A DNA stretch of 37,143 nucleotides from positions 1 to 37,143 of the forward strand of contig LVLI01000349.1 of NCBI GenBank assembly GCA_001687465.1, in the 5' to 3' direction. The stretch is from Halocafeteria seosinensis. Taxonomy: Eukaryota. Each line of letters opens with the position of its first letter. Positions within the stretch are counted from its first letter, which is position 1. The notes below the pieces were generated by a model. It was not told the origin of the DNA. It ran no database searches and saw only the letters and a program-made list of their open reading frames with translations. Position numbers and translations under genes: made by a program. Of the stretch, positions 1 to 10,893 are shown piece after piece.

Positions 1-546
1 ACACAAGCCCATTGGAACCCTCATACTAAGATCCAATGTGTCTCACTCGGAGAAATTCCCTCCGTGCCAAAACAGGCTGGGTCAAGGTGATGCTGTCCCG
101 GTCGTCTGGCTGGGTCAACCTGATGATTATTGGGGTGCAATTTGGCGGTCAACATGGTCCGCCTGGGGTCAAGCGCTACCTCTGGGGTCATGCTCCGAAA
201 TGCCGCTTTGCATTAATATTCACGCTCTTTGGACAAAGTCATTCGAGGCCTCGTACTGTCATCCAATGTATTTGAGTAGCAGATAGTGCACCCATGGTAA
301 CGAGGTTGGGTCAAGGTGATGTTCCCCAGGCCGCGGCGGGGTCAAGGTGATGAACCCCCCATGCAGCATACTTCATACGACATGCTCCAGCAATTCATTT
401 TACAAGCAAACATAATTAGCATTATAAAACATATTCAATAAGGTATACTAAAGCAATACGCGCCCATCAATGCTGTGTGCGGGTCCCGCCCAGGCTTGGC
501 GGGTGGTGCGGGTGGGTCAACCTGATGATTAAGGCGTTTAGCCCTG
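1..546. mobile_element. Putative right end of a DNA transposon (hAT-like) with subterminal repeats; other end outside the window
   Basis: GGGTCAAGGTGATG at 79, 308 and 339, GGGTCAACCTGATGATTA at 112 and 514, and partial GGGGTCA copies near 166 and 184. The repeat zone ends in TTTAGCCCTG (537-546), which reads CAGGGCTAAA on the minus strand, a CAGGG start typical of hAT TIRs. No recognisable coding ORF. Confidence 0.4.
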
Positions 547-733
547 GTTACAGAGGCTCAGGCAAGCTCCTTCTTGAGGAGACAACCATAAGATTGAGCT
601 TCACTATACCTATACTTGCAGGTGCTACTCCCGAGAAGCACATTTTATGTATGCGTGTACTGAGACGCCGACGGTAAATTCGTTTACTAACAGTATGTGT
701 CATTTTCATCAACAGTCTAACTACAGTATGTGC

Positions 734-2358
734 TCAAGTGGAAATCCCATGTACCATGTTTTCTCTATGTATCAGGTGGCTTGTTCGCTCAACCAGATGC
801 AACAGGCGCGAGACGTCGCCGGACCATTCGCTGAGTATCTCAGTCGAAGGCTTCGGCCGTTCAAAGCTGACAATAGAACTCGGTCGGTCAATCTTTGCGT
901 ATATCCGCGCACATGGATCCTGGTTAGCTTCTTTGTCGCTCACCATCCGTGCGATAGAAGATTCCACTTCCTGAGCATCGAGGAAAAGCAGTTGACATAG
1001 TCGATCAATCTTCACGCGCTTAAAGTAACCAGCCACAATACGGATGTTCTGCAAAATTTAGCGGTAGTTATTGTCGACGGGCATCTAGACAAACTCGAGT
1101 AGACCAAACCGGACTTACATGCTCTATTACTCGTCTGCGTAGAATATCAAACCAGTAATTTTCTTTGTCTTTAACAAAAATTGCATGTTTCGAAAAGGTA
1201 TTCTTCCTGTTTTCAGCTAAAGGCCACATAATGATCTCTGGAGTGTTGAAAGCGACGAGGAAGTCATGGTAGATGGGAAGTCCATCCCGAACATGTTTGT
1301 TTTGAAGTAGCTGCTTGATACTTGTTTGGCTCTCAGTCCTAAAAGGTGCCATTAACAAATAGAGAATCGCATAGGACAAATAGTCACGTCTCTTGGCTGC
1401 AACCTTGGATACTGTCTTGGTTTTGTACATCTCGTAGTAGTCCTCGAACAAAGCATAAGCGTCTTTTGAATGTGTGTGGTACTGAACCAAGTGCTCGTAA
1501 TACGTCAGCTTAATATCCTCCATATCTTTCGATTGGATGCTTTTCTTGTTAACTTTGTTAGCGATCATTCCCATGCGAATATAATCTTTCTGTGCCAGGG
1601 TCAAGCGCATCTGCTCAAGCAGGAACTGAGCCTTCTCACGCTTTTCCATGGCACCAAAGGTTTCTACCTGCACTTCCTGTAATACTCTCGATGCCTCATC
1701 AATGTTGCCTTCGCTCTCTCGTATATCTGCTAGCTGCTTGGTAAGTCTCGCTCGCTCGACTTCCACGTAGATCTTCCCTTCAGAAATGTTCCTCAGAGTG
1801 TCAATAAGTTGCACTCGGTCAGCCATATTCTGGTACTGTTCTGTGTATTCCATAGCTTTCTGTACAATCGCAGTAATGACGCGACTGTATTGTGACCGCC
1901 GCTTTGCCAGCATTTGCAAGTTGTCACACAAGGTATTGAGAGAACCATGCCGGTAGCTCAGCTGGACAATGGCCTCAGCACAGCGTACAGTCGTGGCTGA
2001 GTCGCCCGCCTGCAGGCAAGACAAACGCAAACATAAGGTAAAAGGTTGTGCAAGATATTCCCCCGTGGTACCAATGGGACTAAATAAGCACAAAAACACG
2101 ACATACAAGTCTGGATTTCTTTTCAATTCCCAAAAGGGTTTGCACAGCATCGTCCAAATTGCCTGCCGCCGCTTTTTCCGAACATTGGGGGATCACCTCA
2201 TCGGCAGTCTTTGAGAAATCCTCCTTCTTCTCTGAACTACCACTGGTTTGGAGCGCTGGAAGGCCTTGGACAAGGGATTTTCCCTCTTTTTCCCCTCCAC
2301 CATCGCCCCCAGCAGCAGCTCCCGAGGAGCTCGATTTTTTGTTGTCTTCCTCACTCAT
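734..2358 (-). CDS. RPN5: 26S proteasome non-ATPase regulatory subunit 12 (Rpn5/PSMD12), 3 exons
   Basis: Exons 2358-2107, 2009-1119, 1048-734 with GT-AG introns. Motifs LLGIEKKSRL-AGD, EGKIYVEVERARLT, QVETFGAM, RRRVIEH/NIR, and PCI-domain tail YAKIDRP...LSEWS. Confidence 0.96.
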
Positions 2359-3146
2359 TTCTCGCTAGTTTATGTATTGAGACAACACTGATACTATCGT
2401 TGATGAAATAGATGTTACAAACTTGCAATCAGACCGTCAATAAACCCCCACAAAACACGCCGAAAAAGACACCTCTCAAGTGCGGAAAACAGGAAGAGCA
2501 ATCCTTGGGAATTGCTCGGGATCAACAAGAAGTTACCCTTTCCCCACCATTGGGCTGTATGGTATTTTGTAACATCTGTTGAAATAACATGATTAGTGTA
2601 AACGTTGTTTGAGCAGAATCATGTATTGGAACAAGACTTGTGGACAGTGGTACAAGTACAAGTTGCACCACAACAAAGCGTGAAGCGAAAGGGGGCAATG
2701 TTCAGTGATGATGATGCCATAGACAGGTTTTATTTTGCGCTAAAGACTTGATAAATCTTCATGTAGTCCGGGTCATTACGGCTATCGTGGAGGAAATACG
2801 CCGTCCACTCGACCACCGAAGTGGCAACAACAGGACGCCAAGAGCATCGTTAACAAGACACGATCGACCAGAGGCACGGCATTTTAGATGCACATTAGTG
2901 AGGCGCTTTCTCATGCGTATGATTGCTAACCTTCCTTTCTTGTTACTGCTTACTACCGGTCCGTAGTACCAGAATAATTTCCCTGTGAAGACAGCGTACC
3001 AAACTTCAACGAGAGTCCATCTAACGGCCACGTTAGGAATTTCGGCTTTAGAAATGTCCCTTGCCATTAGTGTCATTAGCAGCAAATGTATGCGTACTGC
3101 GGTATATGTTGACGGCTTTCAGTCAGATTCTCCGAGGAAAGGAGAC

Positions 3147-4984
3147 ATGGAGCAATTAAGCAAAGAGCACCCCAACCTTCAATCGGCGGTCCTATACGCG
3201 CTCGAAGAAACAGCGCGGACGCTCTATCCCAAGAATGCACCGCAGCCCGTACATGGAGATTCCGGGAAGATAGATGAGGAGAGCGTGCCCTCGATGAAGC
3301 CAGGAGCAGATATCTTTGAGGAAGATGAGGAGGAGGAGGAACAGTATGAGACGAAGGAGCAGCGACAACGCACACAGGCTTTACGATTTTTTGCCAACAA
3401 ACTATTGGAACATAAGCGAGCGCATGGATATGGGGTGGCGCAATACGACACAGAACGTGACCGTGACATGTTAGCGAGAAGGCCGAGGCAACAAAGCAAA
3501 CGCAGATCGTCTGTGGATGCTACTTTAGTCGGTATACAAGACGATCAGGGCGAGGGACCAACAACGTGAGTGGCTTCACGCCGTAATGCCTACAGAGCAG
3601 GTGCTTACTTTTCATTCTGCTTATGTCGAATGCAGCGCCCGATCAACAGAAGCTTCCGAACAGGATATGTCCGCGAGAGATACGAAAAATGAGGAGGACG
3701 AGGAAAATACGAGGATGAGAGCTCAAAGAGTTACACGCCGACAGGTACGAAGGTCTTCATTGGTAACCTGCAGCCTCTAACAAAGGAGTTCAATGGCTTG
3801 ATTGATACAGAATGTCTTTGCCGAGGCTGTCGAGGTGGATCCAGACTTTGAACCTCCGGTCATATCGAAGAGTGAAGAAGAGAAGACCGAAATTAGGCGG
3901 ATATTTGAGTCCAATATATTGTTTTCAGTACGTTGCCGTGTCAAGCGGTTACCTTGATCAATCAGCTGTGGAGTGATGTTCTACAGAGCTGTGACGAGGA
4001 TCAAAAAGAAATATTGGTGGACGCCATGGCGTTGCGGCAGTTTCAGTCCGGTGAGACCATCATTCAGCAAGGTATGCAGTTCCAAACTCGCAGATGCTGA
4101 GGATTGATTGGGCACTAATTTTAATGTCCTTCTTCAGGAGAAATGGGAGATTACTTCTACATTTTAGCAAGTGGAACATGTGACATTTATAAGGATGGTA
4201 CACTCGTTCTGCAAGTATCCGAAGGAATGGGTTTCGGAGAGTTAGCTCTATTGTATGATTCTCCAAGAGCTGCGACAGTAGTTGCGACTTCAGAAGGCAG
4301 TGTATGTGCTTCATAACTCATTCGCATAGCCAAGGTTGACTAAGTTCACACGCACTTTCGATTTCTGCAGGCGTGGTCGATTGACAGAATGACGTTTAAA
4401 CAGGTGATGATGGGCACTACGCTTCAAAAGAGAAACAAGTATCTCACTTTTCTCAAGGAAGTTCCGATCCTTTCTACACTAACCGAAGATGAGCTTAGAA
4501 GCCTGGCAGATGCTGTTCTACCTCAGAAGTTTGCGGAAGGAGAACACGTTGTGGAAGAAGGCACCGGAGATGCAGACCGGTTTTATATTGTGGAACGGGT
4601 AAGTCCGGTCGGACAGACAATGCTTATGTCTCTCGGGTAAATAGAAGTGTTTTCACGCAGGGTGAGTTAAAAGGAACAAAGAAAAATATGCCTTACGAAG
4701 TTTGCCCTCGATTAACCTCTGGTAGCTATTTTGGTGAGCGCGCCCTTTTGAAGGATGAGCCTCGTGCTGCTACAATTAGTGCCGTCAAGGAATCTAGTTG
4801 TCTGGCGATTGACCGAGCCGCGTTTGTTCGTTTGCTGGGCCCTATACGGAAGTTACTTGCAAGAAACATGGAACTGTATGAGAGGTATATGAAACAGGAG
4901 TCGGCTCGACAAGAATCATCTGGTCGGCAGGGGTCAGCACGAGACGACTCTTCCAGGCAAAGTTCGGCCAGATCCATGCATTGA
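3147..4984 (+). CDS. cAMP-dependent protein kinase regulatory subunit with two cNMP-binding domains; 5' end uncertain
   Basis: Hand-spliced exons about 3147-3565, 3636-3744, 3811-3927, 3987-4071, 4138-4301, 4371-4598, 4661-4984. CNB-A has GDYFYI...FGELALLYDSPRAAT and CNB-B has YFGERALLKDEPRAAT. The frame is open upstream to ~2967, so the N-terminus may be longer. Confidence 0.9.
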
Positions 4985-5265
4985 AAAGTATGTAGCTGAG
5001 AACGTGAGTTGCTCAGACAAGGATCCAGCAACAGTGTCCGTTTAACCCCAGCCAATCAGTATGTTGATTGCAAACACTTTAGTTCTCCCAGTCCGAGTTC
5101 AAAGCGCCCATAATACACATCGGTGTAAAAACTTCAAACGCAACAGTATGTAGTTCCACGTTGGCAGTGAACTTCCAACTTCCGCAAAAAAAAAAAAAAC
5201 TCGAATTGTTTTCTGAGCTGTTAAATCTTGGAGCTTCGTTTGAGTGACAAATTGTGTCAAAGGAT

Positions 5266-5417
5266 TCCACGCGGCGTGGACCACGCCTGCCAGGCGGACC
5301 TGAGGGCCTGAGGGCCTGAGGCGGCCAGTGACTGGCAGTGAGGCCGCCTGGATAATCAGGCTGGATTTGTGAGCTACTTCAACTTCAACCTTAGGCTGCG
5401 GCGGCAGTGCGGCCGCA
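5266..5417. repeat. GC-rich cluster of short inverted repeats and a CCTGAGG(G) x3 tandem repeat
   Basis: TCCACGC-G-GCGTGGA (5266-5280), CGCCTG-C-CAGGCG (5284-5296), CCTGAGG(G) x3 (5299-5321), GCCAGT-G-ACTGGC (5324-5336), GGCGGCC/GGCCGCC (5320/5342), TGCGGCCGCA (5408-5417). Confidence 0.8.
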
Positions 5418-5548
5418 TTCCGTCCAGATTTCCTCGTTCGGTTCGGTTTGATTACGTTGTCATTCCGCCCAAGAGTTTCGTTTGGGATTTGTTTTATTAT
5501 CAATTGAAGCTTTACTAGAGGCTTTAGTGCTGATTATAACACTGCGAA

Positions 5549-6985
5549 ATGTGGACAATTGCGCGTGTATTTGCCCTGGCGGCAGTCTTCGCCTCCGTGG
5601 CTCAGGCGAGTGATAGTGAGCCTGCACAGCACAGGGTTAGTATTTCATTCATTGTCCACTTTTATGTCTCTCGTTTGTTAGAATCATAAGGTTCAGTGGG
5701 AGCTCATGTAGGGCATGTAGAAGGGGTTCTTTGTAGCGGGAGGTTCCTAGGATTCGCTGTCCCCTCTCCCTTTGAATTCCCCTTTATACCTTTTTTGTAA
5801 AAATTTACCCCTGTTTTCCGCGCGGAGATTGACATGTTTGTGCCTTTCGTGGCCTTTTACAGAACATTATCGACCATGTGAACCGCAAATATGCCGCTGG
5901 ACTGACCACTTGGCAAGCGGATTACAACCTGAAATTCGCTCGTGCTTCCGTCGGCGAGGCAAAGCGGCTTATGGGAACCAAAATGGAGGGTCAAGAGGTC
6001 CGAAATGCCTTGAATCGTCTTAACACCCGTGAAGAACCACCTCTACGTGATCTCCCCACCAACTTCGATTCCCGCAAGAACTGGCCAGAGTGCAGCAAAG
6101 TGATTGGCAACATCCGCGACCAGGCTGACTGCGGAAGCTGCTGGGCCTTTGGAAGCACTGAAGCTTTCAATGACAGAAAATGCATCAGCACTCAGGGTGC
6201 AGTGACTGTTCCCTTTTCCACCCAGGATACCACCTCATGCTGCAACATGTTTGGTGGGTGCTTCGGATCCAGTGGATGCAACGGTGGAATCCCCGCCGAA
6301 GCTTGGAGCTATTTCGTGAACACCGGTGTCGTGACTGGTGGTGGTTACGAGGATAATGGAAAGGGAGACACTTGCTACCCCTACCAGCTTCCCAAATGCA
6401 ATCACCATGTCAACGGACCGTACCCGAACGTAAGCGCTTCTACGATAGTGACGCAAGGGTATAGTGTCAATTACGTAACTACGTGATTCTCTATTGCAGT
6501 GCACTGGAGAAGGCCCTACCCCGTCTTGCCCGAACCCCAAGAAATGCCCCAACTCCGGGTATTCCACCTCGTGGAGCAACGACAAACACTATGCTTCCAG
6601 CAGCTATGGATTTAACAGTGTTCAGCAGATAATGAGTGATATCCAGCAATATGGACCCGTTACTGCCGCATTCACTGTATACCAGGACTTCCTCTCGTAC
6701 AAGAGCGGTGTCTACAAACACGAAACCGGACAAGCTCTCGGTGGACATGCCATCAAAGTCCTTGGCTGGGGTGAAGAAAACGGAACACCTTACTGGTATG
6801 TATTGTTTTCTTATTCAGTGTAGGCATACTCATTTTGACGTTCATCTTGTGTGAATATTTTTTGGTTGAGCAGGTTGGTTGCAAATTCTTGGAACAAGTA
6901 CTGGGGTGACAACGGTTATTTCAAGATCCTCCGGGGACAAAATGAGTGCGGTATAGAAAGTCAGATGGTTGCCGGCAAGGCATAA
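5549..6985 (+). CDS. CTSB: Cathepsin B (papain family C1A cysteine protease), 4 exons, signal peptide
   Basis: Exons 5549-5635, 5863-6429, 6500-6795, 6874-6985. Signal peptide [28 protein letters not shown], catalytic [10 protein letters not shown], occluding loop [33 protein letters not shown]. Confidence 0.96.
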
Positions 6986-7146
6986 TTTGTCTTGAGGAAT
7001 GATCAATATTTCAATGTCTCGAGTGTGCACTCTTACTGACGGTAGAACTGAGTACGCAGTGCTGCATAATATTTGACATTATACTGTTCTTCTCTCCCCA
7101 CTATGTTTATTGCGAAAGAAAAAACATAGCCTTAGTCGTAGTGCCT

Positions 7147-10100
7147 TTACGCATATTCTATCAAGAACTGTCGAGAAGAGGAAGAAGCTGTATTCCCGAC
7201 TCGCAACCATACAACTCCGTTTTGATCAGTGGCATCTCCCCAACAAGTACTCGGAGATGTTTTGTTTGCCTCGTGTGTCCACAACAAATCTTCGTACGAA
7301 ACCTTCGGCAACTCACTACCAGATCCTGAGTAGACGTTTACCGGCTTGCGCGAGCTCTCCGAAACGGGCAGGATAACCTGAAGGATGGTCGTTCGGGCGT
7401 TTGCATATGGATCCTCTAAATCGAGAGTAAAGTTGGTGGTTTTCAAACCGTTTGTACCGGAAGAAAACCTAACGCGAACGCCATCCCAAGAAGTACCCTG
7501 ACCAATGATATTGTCTCGACTTCCACGTTCATTCGCGAAAATCCATACATGGGAAATATTCCGCAGGTCATCAAACCCAACGACGCTACCCTGAAACGAT
7601 GGTTGGGAGTCTTCCACGGAGGGAGGCTTCGGAGGTGAATGTGACGTGACAAGTGTGTCCACAGCAGGATCGGCTGTGAAGATTACCGACCCCGGTACGA
7701 CAAATAGCGGGATCTGCTCAAGCGGCGCGGGTACAGAACGCCACTGCCCTCCTGAAATTAGTTTTCCAGCTGTAAACCGGAAACGTCCGCTACTGTTGTC
7801 AAAGATTGCCATATCGTTAAAATTGAACCAAGAAACACTCTTTGGTAGATACACTTTCAATGAAGTTGTATTGGGACTTAGCACAGGGGCAACCAAGAAA
7901 GAGTTCCCAAACATCCACTGGTACTCCAGTCCAGCTGCAACATCATCCGCAGGGAAATGGAGCACAGGGTGTCTCATCAAAGGCAAGCCGCTGTCTTGGT
8001 TGGTGTGAGCGGCTGAATAGATATACGGGAAGAGAGCAGTCCTCAACTTTGCGAACTTTCTCCAAATGAAAGATCCTTCCTCAGTGTCGTGAATCGTGGA
8101 TTTCGGTGCCCCAAATAGCGAAGTTCCCCCACCCTGTACATGCATCGTTCCACTAAATGCTCCGACTTGTGCCCACCTTATCCAAAGCTGGGCTGATGGA
8201 GGTTCTATCCACAGGAATCCACCAATATCCGACCCTGTGTACGCGACGCCCGAGAGGCCCAAATTAAGCATCGCTGAAACTTGCGCTGGTAGTCCCGAGT
8301 GATGGGTCCAGTCGCTGCTTGGATCACCGGTCCAGTGGGAATATTGTGTTGTTTGTGTACCAGAGTACCCACTTCGAACATAGTAGAAGTAGTTCGGACC
8401 GTAATAGTACCCTTGGGACATTCGCTCTTCCCTTGGCTGAAGAGCATCGAAGAAATCCCATGCTGCCTTTTGGTATACCAACGGGTAGGCATTGTGCATT
8501 TCTTCACCTGTCAGGCCGTTTGCAAACGAGGTATTTGGGTCAACATATTCACCGTAATCGTACATCCATCCACCATATCCTAAATCAATGCCTTCTTGAA
8601 ACTGCTGTTGAAACCACGAGACTGCTTCGGGGTTTGTGAGATCTAGCAGACCACAGTAAAACGGGTTTGGTCCCGCCCCCTTGTAAACAAATAAATAAGT
8701 GTCATTTGGGCCGACGTCGCCTCCCGTTCCTCGGAAACCGTTTTTCCCATGTTCAGTGTTGGGAGTTCTCCACTTTACAAGGTAACCATTCTTAAGTGTA
8801 TGGTTGAACGCCTCACCGTAAGTAGTATCAATCATGCTGTTGTAATACGATACCGTCTTGTAGCCCATTGATGCATACCAGGCATTCCTTCTCTTTATTT
8901 CGGCTTCCTTCCCTCGCTGATCACCGTCAGGAAAGAAATGCACAGGGTCAATCGCAACGGAGGAAGGTATATCACGCTCTCTAAAGATTGCTGCGGCTTT
9001 GGTTTGGTTACTAATTCCAGGAAGCTCGTGGCCGAATTGGTTCCATGGTCCAAACATCAGGGGTGGAGGAATAAGGGCCCTTCCTTTTCCAGGAACAGGC
9101 CCACTGCTGGACCTACTCAATTTCGGCTGTCGAAGATGCCCGTGCGAAGGTCGATCTGTGGAGGCTGGATCAATTACAAAATTCAAGTTGGAAAATATGC
9201 TTAACGTTCGAGCGGGCTCCTCTCCAAAAATAAACACTAAACGCGAAGTGGTGTTTTCCACAGTAATTGTGTACCCATTTCCCTTGGCCGTCGTTGGTTG
9301 ATCCTCGTGCACGTAGTCATTTCCCGTTATTAGACTACTTGAACCGGCCCCTAAGTCCCAATCTGTACGATATGTTGTATTGGCAAACACCCCGTAGCTA
9401 TAGCCCCGAGTTCGTCTAGCTAGGAGCCACGGCATTGGCGCGTAAGTAGATTCTGACCCTTTCGGCAACCGTAGCTCGGTTCCGAAACCCCATCCTCCGT
9501 CCTCCGTCCAACAGTACAGCTTTTTCCCACGTTGATCAATAGTGTTAAACCGCTCTCCAAAACCGTAGTACGCTGCAGTATGCGCACGTTACAGGTTAGA
9601 CATGCAAATATGTGTGCTTCTTCACTTTGTAACTCACCCTCTGCCTCACCATTGGAACCATCCATAGCCGAGAACCCGATACTTAGACGATTAATCCTAA
9701 CATCATTCGCAATGGCTCTGCCATCTTGTTCTACAACTTCTAAGTCGGCGAACAGAACCTCCTCCTCGTTGCCGCCACTGAATACCAATTGAAACGACAA
9801 TCCCGGGACTGTACTCTTGTACGTGACTTTAAGTGTGTCTTTTCCCTGCAAAAGATGTAGGGCTCTTTTTCACTATCGGCTTCTCACTGGAATGTAGAGT
9901 AGAGTTTTCAATTACGTACACTGTTGACATCCGCTAGTCCATCCGCGAAAAAAGTACGATTATCGCTTCCAAGACGAAACGCCCATCCTTCGTAGATATA
10001 TCTGCTGAGGTAGGCTCCATCCCAGACCGATGCTTGGACGCTGTACGATACGAAAAACCGACAAGTTAACAATGTAAACAGCCCTTCCAGATTGTATCGA

Positions 10101-10403
10101 ACGAAGAGTAATTTCCACTTACCTCCCCCATGTCTCCTTTCCTGGAGGCTGATGGAGCAACGTTGCCCCAGTGGTGGCGTTAGTGATTCCAATTGTCGAA
10201 TCATTCATCACCTGAACTATCACCTTGCCGAATTGTTTCGAAGCTATGGAATCCAACCTATTTGCCTCAACAAAGCTGTATGGCCTCATACAAAGACATA
10301 ATAGCACGCTGAATGCCCCCAGCCAATCACGGGACTTTCTCTTGTCCCTCCTTCCAAGGGCCTTCTGCGGTATGCCCATGCCTCGGGAACGTTCCATAAC
10401 CAT
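7147..10403 (-). CDS. Glycoside hydrolase family 31 (alpha-glucosidase / YihQ-like), probably secreted, 4 exons
   Basis: Three short 5' exons, then a last exon 9572-7147 beginning YYGFGERFN. Nucleophile motif GWMYDYGEY, MHNAYP, RSG, acid/base HWTGD, GSDIGGF, LFPYIYS, GLPLMRH, QWMFGNSFLVAPV. Hydrophobic stretch WLGAFSVLLCLC near the N-terminus. Start Met approximate. Confidence 0.92.
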
Positions 10404-10893
10404 TGCAGTTCTATTCGTAAGAGACTCGAATGCGTATTGGGACACTAAATGCGTCTCAAATGGAGGTATTGAGAGGTGTATGCGGTCAAACTCCGCACTC
10501 CGTAAATGAATGCTATAGCCCCTTCCAGGACTCCTTTGCAGCTGGAACAGCCAGTGCACTCCCCGGCAAATAGAGAGGAATAGATGCAGAGACTCCCGCG
10601 TCAGGGGGGAAGCAGAGAATCCTTGCACCAAGTACACAATATCCGCCTTCGCACCGCGATCCTGAGATCACTTCAACTTCAACTTGAAGAGTCCAATATT
10701 TGTTTGTCGTGTTGGATGTTTTCAACAAATTTGCCACGCTGCTGTTCGCAAGAGAGGCCTGTTGCGCCTAGTACAGACGATATACTGGATGATTTGTGGC
10801 ATTTGGACCGAGGTAGAGGGTGATAGTTTCTGCATAACCCGTCAGAATTGGAGACTTTATTTGATATCGGCGCCCCTGAAGGAGTAACTGAGA

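Noticed and set aside
79..531. GGGTCAA..TGATG repeats as a CRISPR array or C/D snoRNA cluster
   Set aside because: The repeats are only 14-18 nt with very irregular spacing, the context is eukaryotic, there are no cas genes, and no consistent C/D box pairing is visible.
2698..3085. Short ORFs between RPN5 and PKA-R as separate genes or extra PKA-R exons (possible GC-AG intron near 2873-2966)
   Set aside because: No recognisable product, and I could not build a convincing in-frame model from an ATG. Left as an uncertain 5' end.
5099..5503. 134-aa minus-strand ORF
   Set aside because: It crosses a poly(A) tract and the palindrome cluster in the cathepsin B upstream region, has a non-ATG start and no protein motifs.
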